NCBI GenBank assembly: GCA_001793825.1
Contig: MGIQ01000023.1
Span: forward strand, 3,450 to 47,845
Source: Candidatus Wolfebacteria bacterium RIFCSPLOWO2_01_FULL_38_11
GTDB taxonomy: Bacteria; Patescibacteriota; Minisyncoccia; UBA6257; UBA9933
DNA: 44,396 nt
Direction of reading: 5' to 3'
The position numbers were made by a program, and so were the translations under genes. Shown piece after piece: positions 17,121-24,915 of the stretch (the first letter of the stretch is position 1; each line of letters begins with the position of its first letter). The notes below the pieces were generated by a model, which saw nothing but the letters and a program-made list of their open reading frames with translations, did not search any database and had not been told where the DNA came from.

Positions 17121-18257
17121 ATGTTTGAATTTAAAATCTCAAAAAAATCCAAAAAAAACAATGCTCGTTTGGGTATTTTAAAAACTGCTCACGGAGAAAT
17201 TGAAACTCCGGCTTTTGTCCCTGTTGCCACTCAAGCCGCCATTAAAACTTTAGACAGCCAGGAAGTTTTAAAAACTAAAAGCCAGATTTTAATTTGCAAC
17301 ACTTTTCATCTTCATTTAAAACCCGGAGAGAAAATAATCAAATCAAGCGGCGGATTGCACAAATTTATGAATTGGCCCAAACCCTTAATGACTGACTCCG
17401 CCGGCTTTCAGGTTTTTTCTCTTGGTTTTGGCCGTGATTTTGGCATGGGCAAAATTTTAAAAGAAAAAAACGGCGGGAAAATAAAAAGCGGCCAGCAGCC
17501 GAAACTTTTAAAAATCACATCTGAAGGAGTTTTATTCCGTTCTCCCAATGACGGAAGAAAAATTTTCATCGGTCCGAAAGAATCAATCAAAATTCAGGAA
17601 TCTTTGGGCGCTGATATTATTTTCGCTTTTGATGAATGCACTCCGCCGATTGCCAATTACGCTTACACAAAAAAATCTTTGAAGCTCACTCACCAGTGGG
17701 CTCAAATTTGCTTGAATGCCAAAAAATCAAAGCAAGCGCTTTTTGGCATTGTTCAAGGCGGAAAATTCAAGGATTTAAGAATTGAAAGCGCTAAATTTAT
17801 CGGAAATTTGCCTTTTGATGGATTTGGCATTGGCGGAGAATTTGGCGATGATAAAAAAATAATGGAAAAAATGATTAATTGGGTAAATAAAGAGCTTCCC
17901 GAAAATAAACCGCGCCATTTGCTTGGCATCGGCTATTTGGAAGACATCCCCAAAATAATCAAAGCCGGAGTTGATACTTTTGATTGTATCGTGCCGACTC
18001 ATTACGGCCGCCGCGGCATTGCTTTTACCAGTTCCGGCGAACTTGATTTAAACAAATCAAAATTTTTACAAGATAAAAAAGCTTTAGATAAAAAATGTCC
18101 TTGTTTTGTCTGCCAAAATTATTCCCGTAGTTATCTTTGCCACCTTTTCCGAGCCAAAGAAATTTCCGCCCTGAAATTTTTAACCTTTCATAACCTTTAT
18201 TTTTTCAATTCTTTCGTGGAAAACATAAGAAATGCAATAAAAAAGGGGAAATTCTGA
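17121..18257 (+). CDS. tgt: Queuine tRNA-ribosyltransferase (tRNA-guanine transglycosylase)
   Basis: Start refined to MFEFKISKK... at 17121. It has LGILKTAHGEIETPAFVPV, MTDSAGFQ, GIVQGG and the Zn site CPCFVC...H. Confidence 0.92.
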   Translation: MFEFKISKKSKKNNARLGILKTAHGEIETPAFVPVATQAAIKTLDSQEVLKTKSQILICNTFHLHLKPGEKIIKSSGGLHKFMNWPKPLMTDSAGFQVFSLGFGRDFGMGKILKEKNGGKIKSGQQPKLLKITSEGVLFRSPNDGRKIFIGPKESIKIQESLGADIIFAFDECTPPIANYAYTKKSLKLTHQWAQICLNAKKSKQALFGIVQGGKFKDLRIESAKFIGNLPFDGFGIGGEFGDDKKIMEKMINWVNKELPENKPRHLLGIGYLEDIPKIIKAGVDTFDCIVPTHYGRRGIAFTSSGELDLNKSKFLQDKKALDKKCPCFVCQNYSRSYLCHLFRAKEISALKFLTFHNLYFFNSFVENIRNAIKKGKF

Positions 18258-18348
18258 CTTATCCACTTCTCTTTTTTTTGGAAATATTGTTTAATTAAAT
18301 TAGATAGTAAATGCTTTAAAAATCTAAAAAGATGTATAGGAGGCTGCT

Positions 18349-18813
18349 ATGGATGACTTAAATGGCAAAAAATGGCAAGCATTCTCCGGACGATACAACG
18401 ATATTCATAACCAGTTGATTAGCATCGGAAAAGCCAACGGCAATTGTTCTATTTACACCAAACTTGATGAAAAATTCTTAAAAATCTATCACGACACTTG
18501 CTTTGCCTTAGAGCTGAGTCATAAATTAAACGAGGAGGAATGCGCCGTTTGTCTTCCGGCAAAAATAATAATCGAATTTTGCCACCACACAATAATCAAT
18601 GACTGCTGTAAACTGAAGCGGGAAATAAACAGCCTTTCCAGCTACAATTCCCTTATTGAAAAAGCATTCAGCAATTTTCAAGACCATGGGAACAGCATCT
18701 TGATCAAATCTCTAAACGTGTTCCTTTCCGAAATAGAAGAGATTGTTAAATTTTTCGAGGAAATCTGCAAACCGGATTACCGGCTGGGATTAGAAAGAGG
18801 GTTGCTAACTTAG
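18349..18813 (+). CDS. Hypothetical Cys/His-rich protein
   Basis: 154 aa with a strong SD (TAGGAGG) 7 nt upstream, a CAVC...CHH...CC cluster and its own perfect terminator. I recognise no family. Confidence 0.55.
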   Translation: MDDLNGKKWQAFSGRYNDIHNQLISIGKANGNCSIYTKLDEKFLKIYHDTCFALELSHKLNEEECAVCLPAKIIIEFCHHTIINDCCKLKREINSLSSYNSLIEKAFSNFQDHGNSILIKSLNVFLSEIEEIVKFFEEICKPDYRLGLERGLLT

Positions 18814-18830
18814 CAACCCTCTCTTTATTT
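18796..18830 (+). terminator. Rho-independent terminator overlapping the stop codon of the 154-aa gene
   Basis: AGAGGGTTGCTA (18796-18807) pairs perfectly with TAGCAACCCTCT (18811-18822), followed by CTTTATTT. Confidence 0.7.
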
Positions 18831-18886
18831 GCTAACAACAGCCGCCATAGTTGCTTCTTATCTTGTTTGCCGCTAATTTATAAGCA

Positions 18887-20743
18887 ATGTCTCTCTTTAA
18901 ATTAAAATCAAAATTTAAACCATCTGGCGACCAGCCTCAAGCCATTAAAAAATTAATCGCAGGTCTTGAAAAAAGCGATCGTTTTCAAACTCTTTTGGGA
19001 GTTACCGGCTCCGGCAAGACTTTTACCATGGCTAATGTCATTGCTCATTTTAATATGCCGGTTTTGGTAATGGCCCCCAATAAAACTTTAGCCGCCCAGC
19101 TTTACCGCGAATACAAAAATTTCTTTCCCCAAAACTCCGTCAATTATTTCGTTTCTTATTACGACTATTATCAGCCCGAAGCTTATCTTCCCACCAGCGA
19201 CACTTATATAGAGAAAGAAGCGATGATTAATGAAGAAATTGATCGCTTGCGCCATCAAGCCACTAGCGCTCTTTTGAGCCGCCGCGATGTTATTGTGGTT
19301 GCTTCTGTTTCCTGCATTTACAATCTTGGCGTGCCAGTAAGTTATTCCGAAGCCGCTCTCCATTTGGAAGAAAATAAAGACATGACTCGCGGAGATTTAA
19401 TCAGGCAATTGGTAAAAATGCAATTTGAAAGAACTGGTGGAGCCTTAAAAAGGGGATTTTTCCGTGTTCGGGGCGATGTTTTTGAAATTATGCCTGCCAG
19501 CGGCGCTGTTATTAACAGGATTGAAATAAAAGAACAAAAAATTATTTCTATTGCTGATGTTGACCCAATTAGCCAAAAAATAATCCAAGAATTAAAAGAT
19601 ATTGTTATTTTTCCGCCCAAGCATTTTATTTCCAGCCAGCCTCAAATCGAATCCGCCACCAAAGAAATTAAAAAGGAATTAAAAGAGCGCTTACAATATT
19701 TTGAAAAAAACAAGCTTTATTTGGAAGCGGAACGATTAGAGCGAAGAACCAGATATGATATGGAAATGCTTCAAAGCATTGGTTATTGTCATGGCATTGA
19801 AAATTATTCTCGCCATCTTTCCGGAAAAATCAGCGGCGAATCGCCGGACACCTTGCTTTCTTATTTTCCTTCGGCTCGCCGAAGCCCCGGCGAAGAAGGC
19901 CACCCTGATTTTCTAACCATTATCGATGAATCTCATATTGCTGTTCCTCAAGTCAAAGGGATGTATGAGGGCGATAGAAGCCGTAAAGAGGTTTTAATCC
20001 AATACGGTTGGCGTCTGCCTTCTGCCTTGGATAATCGGCCGCTTAAATTCGAAGAATTTGAAAAAAGAATCAATCAGGTGATTTTTACTTCAGCCACTCC
20101 CGGCGCTTATGAAATGAAAAACTCTTCCAAAATTGTTGAACAAGTCATTCGGCCAACCGGCTTAATTGATCCGCCGATTGAAGTCCGTCCGGTTTTTAAC
20201 AAACAAAAAAATCGCAGTCAAATAGACGATCTAATGGAAGAAATAAAAAAAGTGGTCTCTAAAAAAGAGCGCGCCATTATCAACACGCTTACTAAAAAAA
20301 TGGCTGAAGATTTAACGGATTATTTAAAGAAAAAAAAGTTCAAAGCCAATTATATGCATTCAGAAACCAAAACTCTGGAGCGCGTTAAAATTCTGACCGA
20401 CTTCCGCTCCGGTAAGTTTGACGTTTTAATTGGCGTTAATCTTTTGCGGGAAGGATTGGATCTTCCTGAAGTGACTTTCGTGGCGATTTTGGACGCTGAC
20501 CGCGAAGGTTTTTTGCGTAGCGAATCGTCTATTATTCAAACCATGGGCCGCGCCGCCAGAAACGTTAATGGCAAAGTGATTTTATATGCTGATAATATTA
20601 CTGGCTCAATGAAGAGGGCGATTGATGAAGTTGAACGCAGAAGAAAAATTCAGGCGGAATATAACAAAAAACATAACATTACTCCTCAAAGTATTCACAA
20701 AGAAATTGAAAAACTTATAGAAATTGAAAATGAAAAAGAGTAA
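18887..20743 (+). CDS. uvrB: Excinuclease ABC subunit B
   Basis: 618 aa with GVTGSGKTFT, IIDESH, YGWRLPSALDNRPL and LREGLDLPEV. It contains an extra GC-rich segment at 19871-19903 (see findings). Confidence 0.95.
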   Translation: MSLFKLKSKFKPSGDQPQAIKKLIAGLEKSDRFQTLLGVTGSGKTFTMANVIAHFNMPVLVMAPNKTLAAQLYREYKNFFPQNSVNYFVSYYDYYQPEAYLPTSDTYIEKEAMINEEIDRLRHQATSALLSRRDVIVVASVSCIYNLGVPVSYSEAALHLEENKDMTRGDLIRQLVKMQFERTGGALKRGFFRVRGDVFEIMPASGAVINRIEIKEQKIISIADVDPISQKIIQELKDIVIFPPKHFISSQPQIESATKEIKKELKERLQYFEKNKLYLEAERLERRTRYDMEMLQSIGYCHGIENYSRHLSGKISGESPDTLLSYFPSARRSPGEEGHPDFLTIIDESHIAVPQVKGMYEGDRSRKEVLIQYGWRLPSALDNRPLKFEEFEKRINQVIFTSATPGAYEMKNSSKIVEQVIRPTGLIDPPIEVRPVFNKQKNRSQIDDLMEEIKKVVSKKERAIINTLTKKMAEDLTDYLKKKKFKANYMHSETKTLERVKILTDFRSGKFDVLIGVNLLREGLDLPEVTFVAILDADREGFLRSESSIIQTMGRAARNVNGKVILYADNITGSMKRAIDEVERRRKIQAEYNKKHNITPQSIHKEIEKLIEIENEKE

Positions 20744-20753
20744 TATAATATAA

Positions 20754-21296
20754 ATGATTTTATCTTCTCACATTATTGTCGCTTCCGCCGCCAGCGCGCA
20801 GTTTGCCAGCCGGCCTGCCGATCTTTCCAATTCCCTAATTGTTTTTGTTGTCTCTTTTATAAGCCATTATGCTTTGGATTTTATTCCCCATTGGGATTAC
20901 CATTTGGCTTCCATCAAAAAATTCCCCGCTGATAATAACAGCTACGAGGAGAAAAAATTTATTATTTCTTTTAGGACAATCTCCAGTGACCTTTTCAAGA
21001 ATTTAATAGACGGGATTATTGGATTATCGGGAGCAGTTTTAATTTTGGGATTTCCAACGGATTTTGAAAAACTATTTTTGATTTTTATTGCAGTATTTGC
21101 CAGCATCTTGCCCGATGCCTTGGAAGTTTGCTATCTGATTTTTAAAAAATTTCCTCTGACTTTAATCCACCGATTTCATCATTTCACCCATACTAGAAAA
21201 GTTTTCGAGGGCCGGCCGTTTTTTGGAATAATATCTCAAATAATTTCTGTTGCGATTATTTCAGCAGTTTTATTTTTGCTGGCAAACTGGTTTTAA
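20754..21296 (+). CDS. Hypothetical polytopic membrane protein (possibly YdjM/DUF457-like membrane hydrolase)
   Basis: 180 aa with several TM segments and His/Asp clusters (HYALDFIPHWDYH, HRFHHFTH). It lies between uvrB and uvrA. The family assignment is only a guess from memory. Confidence 0.4.
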   Translation: MILSSHIIVASAASAQFASRPADLSNSLIVFVVSFISHYALDFIPHWDYHLASIKKFPADNNSYEEKKFIISFRTISSDLFKNLIDGIIGLSGAVLILGFPTDFEKLFLIFIAVFASILPDALEVCYLIFKKFPLTLIHRFHHFTHTRKVFEGRPFFGIISQIISVAIISAVLFLLANWF

Positions 21297-21371
21297 ATTT
21301 GACTTTGCTTTCGCATTCCTTAATCTTGTTATTAACCACCGCGCTCATCAGAGCGCGGCAGGGCTGTTTAT

Positions 21372-23864
21372 ATGGAAGACAAAATTATTATCAAAGGCGC
21401 CCGAGTTCACAATCTTCAAAATATTGATCTTGAACTGCCGAAAAATAAAATGATAGTTTTTACCGGCGTCTCCGGAAGCGGAAAATCTTCCTTGGCTTTT
21501 GATACGATTTTTGCCGAAGGCCAGCGCCGCTACATTGAATCTCTTTCTCCTTATGCCCGCCAATTTTTAGGCCAAATGGATCGTCCTGATGTTGATGAAA
21601 TCATCGGTCTTTCCCCAGCTATTGCCATAGACCAAAAAGCTTTATCTCATAACCCGCGCTCTATTGTCGGCACTTTGACGGAAATTTACGATTATCTCCG
21701 CGTGCTTTACGCTCGTTTGGGCGAAGTTTATTGCCCCAAGTGCGGCTCTAAAATAAAAAAACTTTCTTTGGAAGAAATGGTTGATATTGTTGTCGCTAAG
21801 GCAAAAAGCTTAAAAGAAGAAACAGTTGTGATTTTTGCTCCGGTTGTCCGCGGTCGCAAAGGCGAGTATTATCAATTGCTTTATGATTTTCTTTCTTTGG
21901 GTTTTAGAGAAGCGAGAATTGACGGTAAAATCCATTCGCTCCATGAAAAAATAGAACTTTCCCGCTATAAGCCGCACGACATCGAAATTGTTATTGATGA
22001 AGTAATGATTAAAGACGAAAGCCGGCTTTTTGAAGCCGTTGAAAGCGCCCTAAATCATAGCAAAGGATTGATGCTGGCGAATTTTACAAAAGAGGAATTG
22101 CTTCTTTCTTCAAAATGGACTTGTCCCAATGATAATTTTTCTTTTCCCGAAGTTGAGCCGCGCTTATTTTCTTTTAACAGCCCTTACGGCGCTTGCGAGG
22201 ATTGCTCTGGTTTGGGCAAAAGCGATTTATTTTTAAAAACAATCTGTCCCGTTTGCCATGGTAAAAGATTAAAACCCGAAGCTTTGGCTGTGAAAATAAA
22301 GAATAAAAATATTTGGGAATTAAGTTCTTTAACTATTGATAAAATCTACGAGTTTTTTATTGATTATGAAGCTAAATTAAGCGAGCGCGAAAAAAAGATT
22401 GCCAGCAATATTTTAAAAGAAATAATCGGCCGTCTTAGTTTTTTATTGGAAGTCGGGCTTAATTATTTGTCATTAGACAGAGAAGCGGAAACTTTGTCCG
22501 GCGGCGAAGCTCAAAGAATTAGATTGGCTTCTCAAATCGGCTCTCAGCTTTCCGGCACGCTTTATGTTTTAGACGAGCCGACTATTGGCCTTCACGAAAG
22601 AGATACGGAGAGACTCATTAAAACCTTAAAATCATTGAAAGACCAAAAAAACACTCTTATTGTCGTGGAACACGATGAAAAAACCATTTTTGAATCGGAT
22701 TATTTTGTTGATTTAGGCCCTTTAGCCGGGAAAAATGGCGGCCGAGTAGTAGCCTTCGGCAAAACCGGCGAACTGATTAAAAATCCCAAAAAATTCAAAG
22801 AATCCTTAACTTTGAAATATTTAAGCAACGAGAAAAAAATAGAACTTCCGGAAATTCGCCGGTCAAAAAGCGCGGAAAAGATAAAAATTATCGGCGCCAG
22901 AGCAAATAATTTAAAAAATATTGACGTGGAAATCCCTTTAAGGAGATTAGTTTGCTTAACCGGCGTCTCTGGCAGCGGAAAATCTTCTTTACTCTACGAT
23001 GTTCTTTATAAAAATTTAAGCAATTTAAAAGCCGGTTTTAGTGAAATGGAAAATGCCAGCCGGATTTTGGGCACTGAATATATTGATAAAGTGGTAATGG
23101 TTGATCAATCACCCATTGGTCGCACGCCCCGCTCCAATCCTGCCACTTATACCGGAATTTTTACGCCGATTCGCGAATTTTATGCGTCTTTGGAAGAATC
23201 CCGAGCCAAAGGATATACCGCTTCCAGATTTTCTTTTAATGTCGTCGGCGGAAGATGTGAAGCCTGCCAAGGCGCTGGCTTTAATTTGATTGAAATGCAT
23301 TTTTTGCCGCCGGTTTTGGTTCAATGTGATGTTTGCCGCGCTAAACGTTTTAATCGCGAAACTTTGCAGGTAAAACATAAAAATAAAAACATTCACGACA
23401 TTTTGGAAATGAGAGTTGATGAAGCATTGGAATTTTTCGACGGTCTTTACACCATTACCGACAAACTTAAGGTTTTGCAGGAAGTGGGGTTGGGTTATCT
23501 GCAGCTTGGCCAATCAGCCACTACGCTTTCCGGCGGAGAAGCTCAAAGGATAAAGCTGGCTCGTGAGCTTACTCATCCTTTAGGCAGGCGCGCTTTGTAT
23601 CTTTTGGATGAGCCGACTGTCGGCCTTCATTATTACGATATTGAAATGCTGCTGAAAGTTTTTAATAAGCTGATTGAAAAAGGAAACACGGTGATTGTCA
23701 TTGAGCATAATATGCAAATAATCAAATCAGCTGATTATATTATTGATTTGGGTCCGGAAGGCGGCGATCTTGGCGGGAAAATTGTAACCAAAGGATTGCC
23801 CGAAGAAATTGTTCAAAATAAAAATTCTTACACCGGCGCCTATCTTAAGCGTTATCTTGTCTGA
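21372..23864 (+). CDS. uvrA: Excinuclease ABC subunit A (short form)
   Basis: 830 aa with two ABC modules (GVSGSGKSSL twice, LSGGEAQR twice). Only about 16 residues separate the CEDC and CPVC pairs, where the insertion domain normally sits. Confidence 0.93.
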   Translation: MEDKIIIKGARVHNLQNIDLELPKNKMIVFTGVSGSGKSSLAFDTIFAEGQRRYIESLSPYARQFLGQMDRPDVDEIIGLSPAIAIDQKALSHNPRSIVGTLTEIYDYLRVLYARLGEVYCPKCGSKIKKLSLEEMVDIVVAKAKSLKEETVVIFAPVVRGRKGEYYQLLYDFLSLGFREARIDGKIHSLHEKIELSRYKPHDIEIVIDEVMIKDESRLFEAVESALNHSKGLMLANFTKEELLLSSKWTCPNDNFSFPEVEPRLFSFNSPYGACEDCSGLGKSDLFLKTICPVCHGKRLKPEALAVKIKNKNIWELSSLTIDKIYEFFIDYEAKLSEREKKIASNILKEIIGRLSFLLEVGLNYLSLDREAETLSGGEAQRIRLASQIGSQLSGTLYVLDEPTIGLHERDTERLIKTLKSLKDQKNTLIVVEHDEKTIFESDYFVDLGPLAGKNGGRVVAFGKTGELIKNPKKFKESLTLKYLSNEKKIELPEIRRSKSAEKIKIIGARANNLKNIDVEIPLRRLVCLTGVSGSGKSSLLYDVLYKNLSNLKAGFSEMENASRILGTEYIDKVVMVDQSPIGRTPRSNPATYTGIFTPIREFYASLEESRAKGYTASRFSFNVVGGRCEACQGAGFNLIEMHFLPPVLVQCDVCRAKRFNRETLQVKHKNKNIHDILEMRVDEALEFFDGLYTITDKLKVLQEVGLGYLQLGQSATTLSGGEAQRIKLARELTHPLGRRALYLLDEPTVGLHYYDIEMLLKVFNKLIEKGNTVIVIEHNMQIIKSADYIIDLGPEGGDLGGKIVTKGLPEEIVQNKNSYTGAYLKRYLV

Positions 23865-23878
23865 CAATTTAGCTGCTA

Positions 23879-23906
23879 TTGACAAAAATTTTAATTTCTG
23901 TAAGCT
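23879..23906 (+). promoter_or_regulatory. Putative promoter of the GC-rich orphan ORF (TTGACA, 16-nt spacer, TAAGCT)
   Basis: The -35 is at 23879-23884 and the -10-like hexamer at 23901-23906, just after the uvrA stop. Confidence 0.35.
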
Positions 23907-23999
23907 TAAAAAACTTTTTTCTAAAAAGTGTTAGTTCTTTGAAATATTCGGAAAAACCCTTGGCGAAGGGTAAAAAAAAACCAAAAAAAGGAGAGTTAA

Positions 24000-24794
24000 A
24001 TGGAGAAAGAGCCGCAGTCAAAGCTGGACGTAAAGGAGTTCGCGAAAGGGCAGTTGGAGGCCTTAGGGAAGGAGCTGTTCAATGCGCTTCTTTTCATAAC
24101 CGCCTGTCTCGTGCGCCCCAACGGAGGAGTGATGATCATCGGAGCAAACGGGACCATCAGCGAGAGACTCCCGTTGGTCAATAATATAGACGGCACCTTC
24201 ATCACCTATGTCATGCTGACCCAGTATGACGGCGAGCAGATCGTCGCAGTCGGCCTGATCGGCAGGATGAGCGACAGCGTTAAGGAGGTAATCAGCCTGA
24301 TCGTCGGCAACATGAAAGAGCTGGGCATCGAAAGCGTATTCCTGCCCGGCTATCTCGGATACTCGTCCTTAAAGGTCCCTATGACTCACGTTTGCCGCGG
24401 GAGCAATCTCGATCAGCAGATAATACAGATCAAGGGTCCGGTGTTCTTCGACAACAACAATGACACCGTCTTGTTCACGCACGGCAAAGATATCATCGAA
24501 GTGCCGATGAGAGAAGCCTTCGGAAAGCTGAACTGGTCAGCCGTAAGTAGGAGGATCGGCGAGGTCAGCGACGAAATAACAGCGCTTGCCAGAGGAGCTG
24601 ATAGCTCTCTCATCATCAACACGACCGGCAAGTTCTATACGCTTAATCTGGAAGAGAAGAAAGTCAAACCCTTCTCTCTGCCGGCCGCGCTCGCTTCAAA
24701 GGCAACTCCGACCTTCTTCACCTTTACCGAAAGCAAGAAGTTCATCGCGGCTCTCTATGTCACCGGCCAGCTCACAATCGAAAGAGCCAGCTAA
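24000..24794 (+). CDS. Orphan hypothetical protein, compositionally foreign (~50% GC)
   Basis: 264 aa with SD GGAGAG upstream. No TM or signal peptide is visible and I recognise no family. Two hand-counted samples give 51-53% GC, against 35% in the adjacent uvrA 3' end. Codon usage is rich in CTG, ATC, GGC, GAC and AGC. Confidence 0.7.
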   Translation: MEKEPQSKLDVKEFAKGQLEALGKELFNALLFITACLVRPNGGVMIIGANGTISERLPLVNNIDGTFITYVMLTQYDGEQIVAVGLIGRMSDSVKEVISLIVGNMKELGIESVFLPGYLGYSSLKVPMTHVCRGSNLDQQIIQIKGPVFFDNNNDTVLFTHGKDIIEVPMREAFGKLNWSAVSRRIGEVSDEITALARGADSSLIINTTGKFYTLNLEEKKVKPFSLPAALASKATPTFFTFTESKKFIAALYVTGQLTIERAS

Positions 24795-24823
24795 GACGGG
24801 CCTGCCCGGAAAGATTCACCGAT

Positions 24824-24878
24824 AAAACCTTCGCCAAGGTTTTTAGCCCCGCATTTTTTAAAAATGCGGGGCTTCTTA
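24824..24878 (+). terminator. Tandem hairpin terminators after the orphan ORF
   Basis: AAAACCTT-CGCC-AAGGTTTT lies at 24824-24843. It is followed by AGCCCCGCATTTTT/AAAAATGCGGGGCT (24845-24872) and then TCTTATTT. Confidence 0.7.
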
Positions 24879-24915
24879 TTTGAATAAGTTTTTTAATTGA
24901 TTTATAACTACTTTT

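Noticed and set aside
18259-18267. Isolated DnaA-box-like 9-mers (TTATCCACT here; perfect TGTGGATAA at 41138-41146 upstream of the recombinase gene)
   Set aside because: These are single boxes without clustering or an adjacent AT-rich unwinding element. They could be chance hits or simple DnaA-regulated promoters, so I did not call them origins.
23879-24205. Listed ORFs 23879..24184 (+) and 23996..24205 (-) overlapping the start of the GC-rich orphan gene
   Set aside because: Both are Arg/Lys/Ser-rich off-frame readings of the same GC-rich DNA. The 264-aa frame at 24000 has the SD, the length and protein-like composition.
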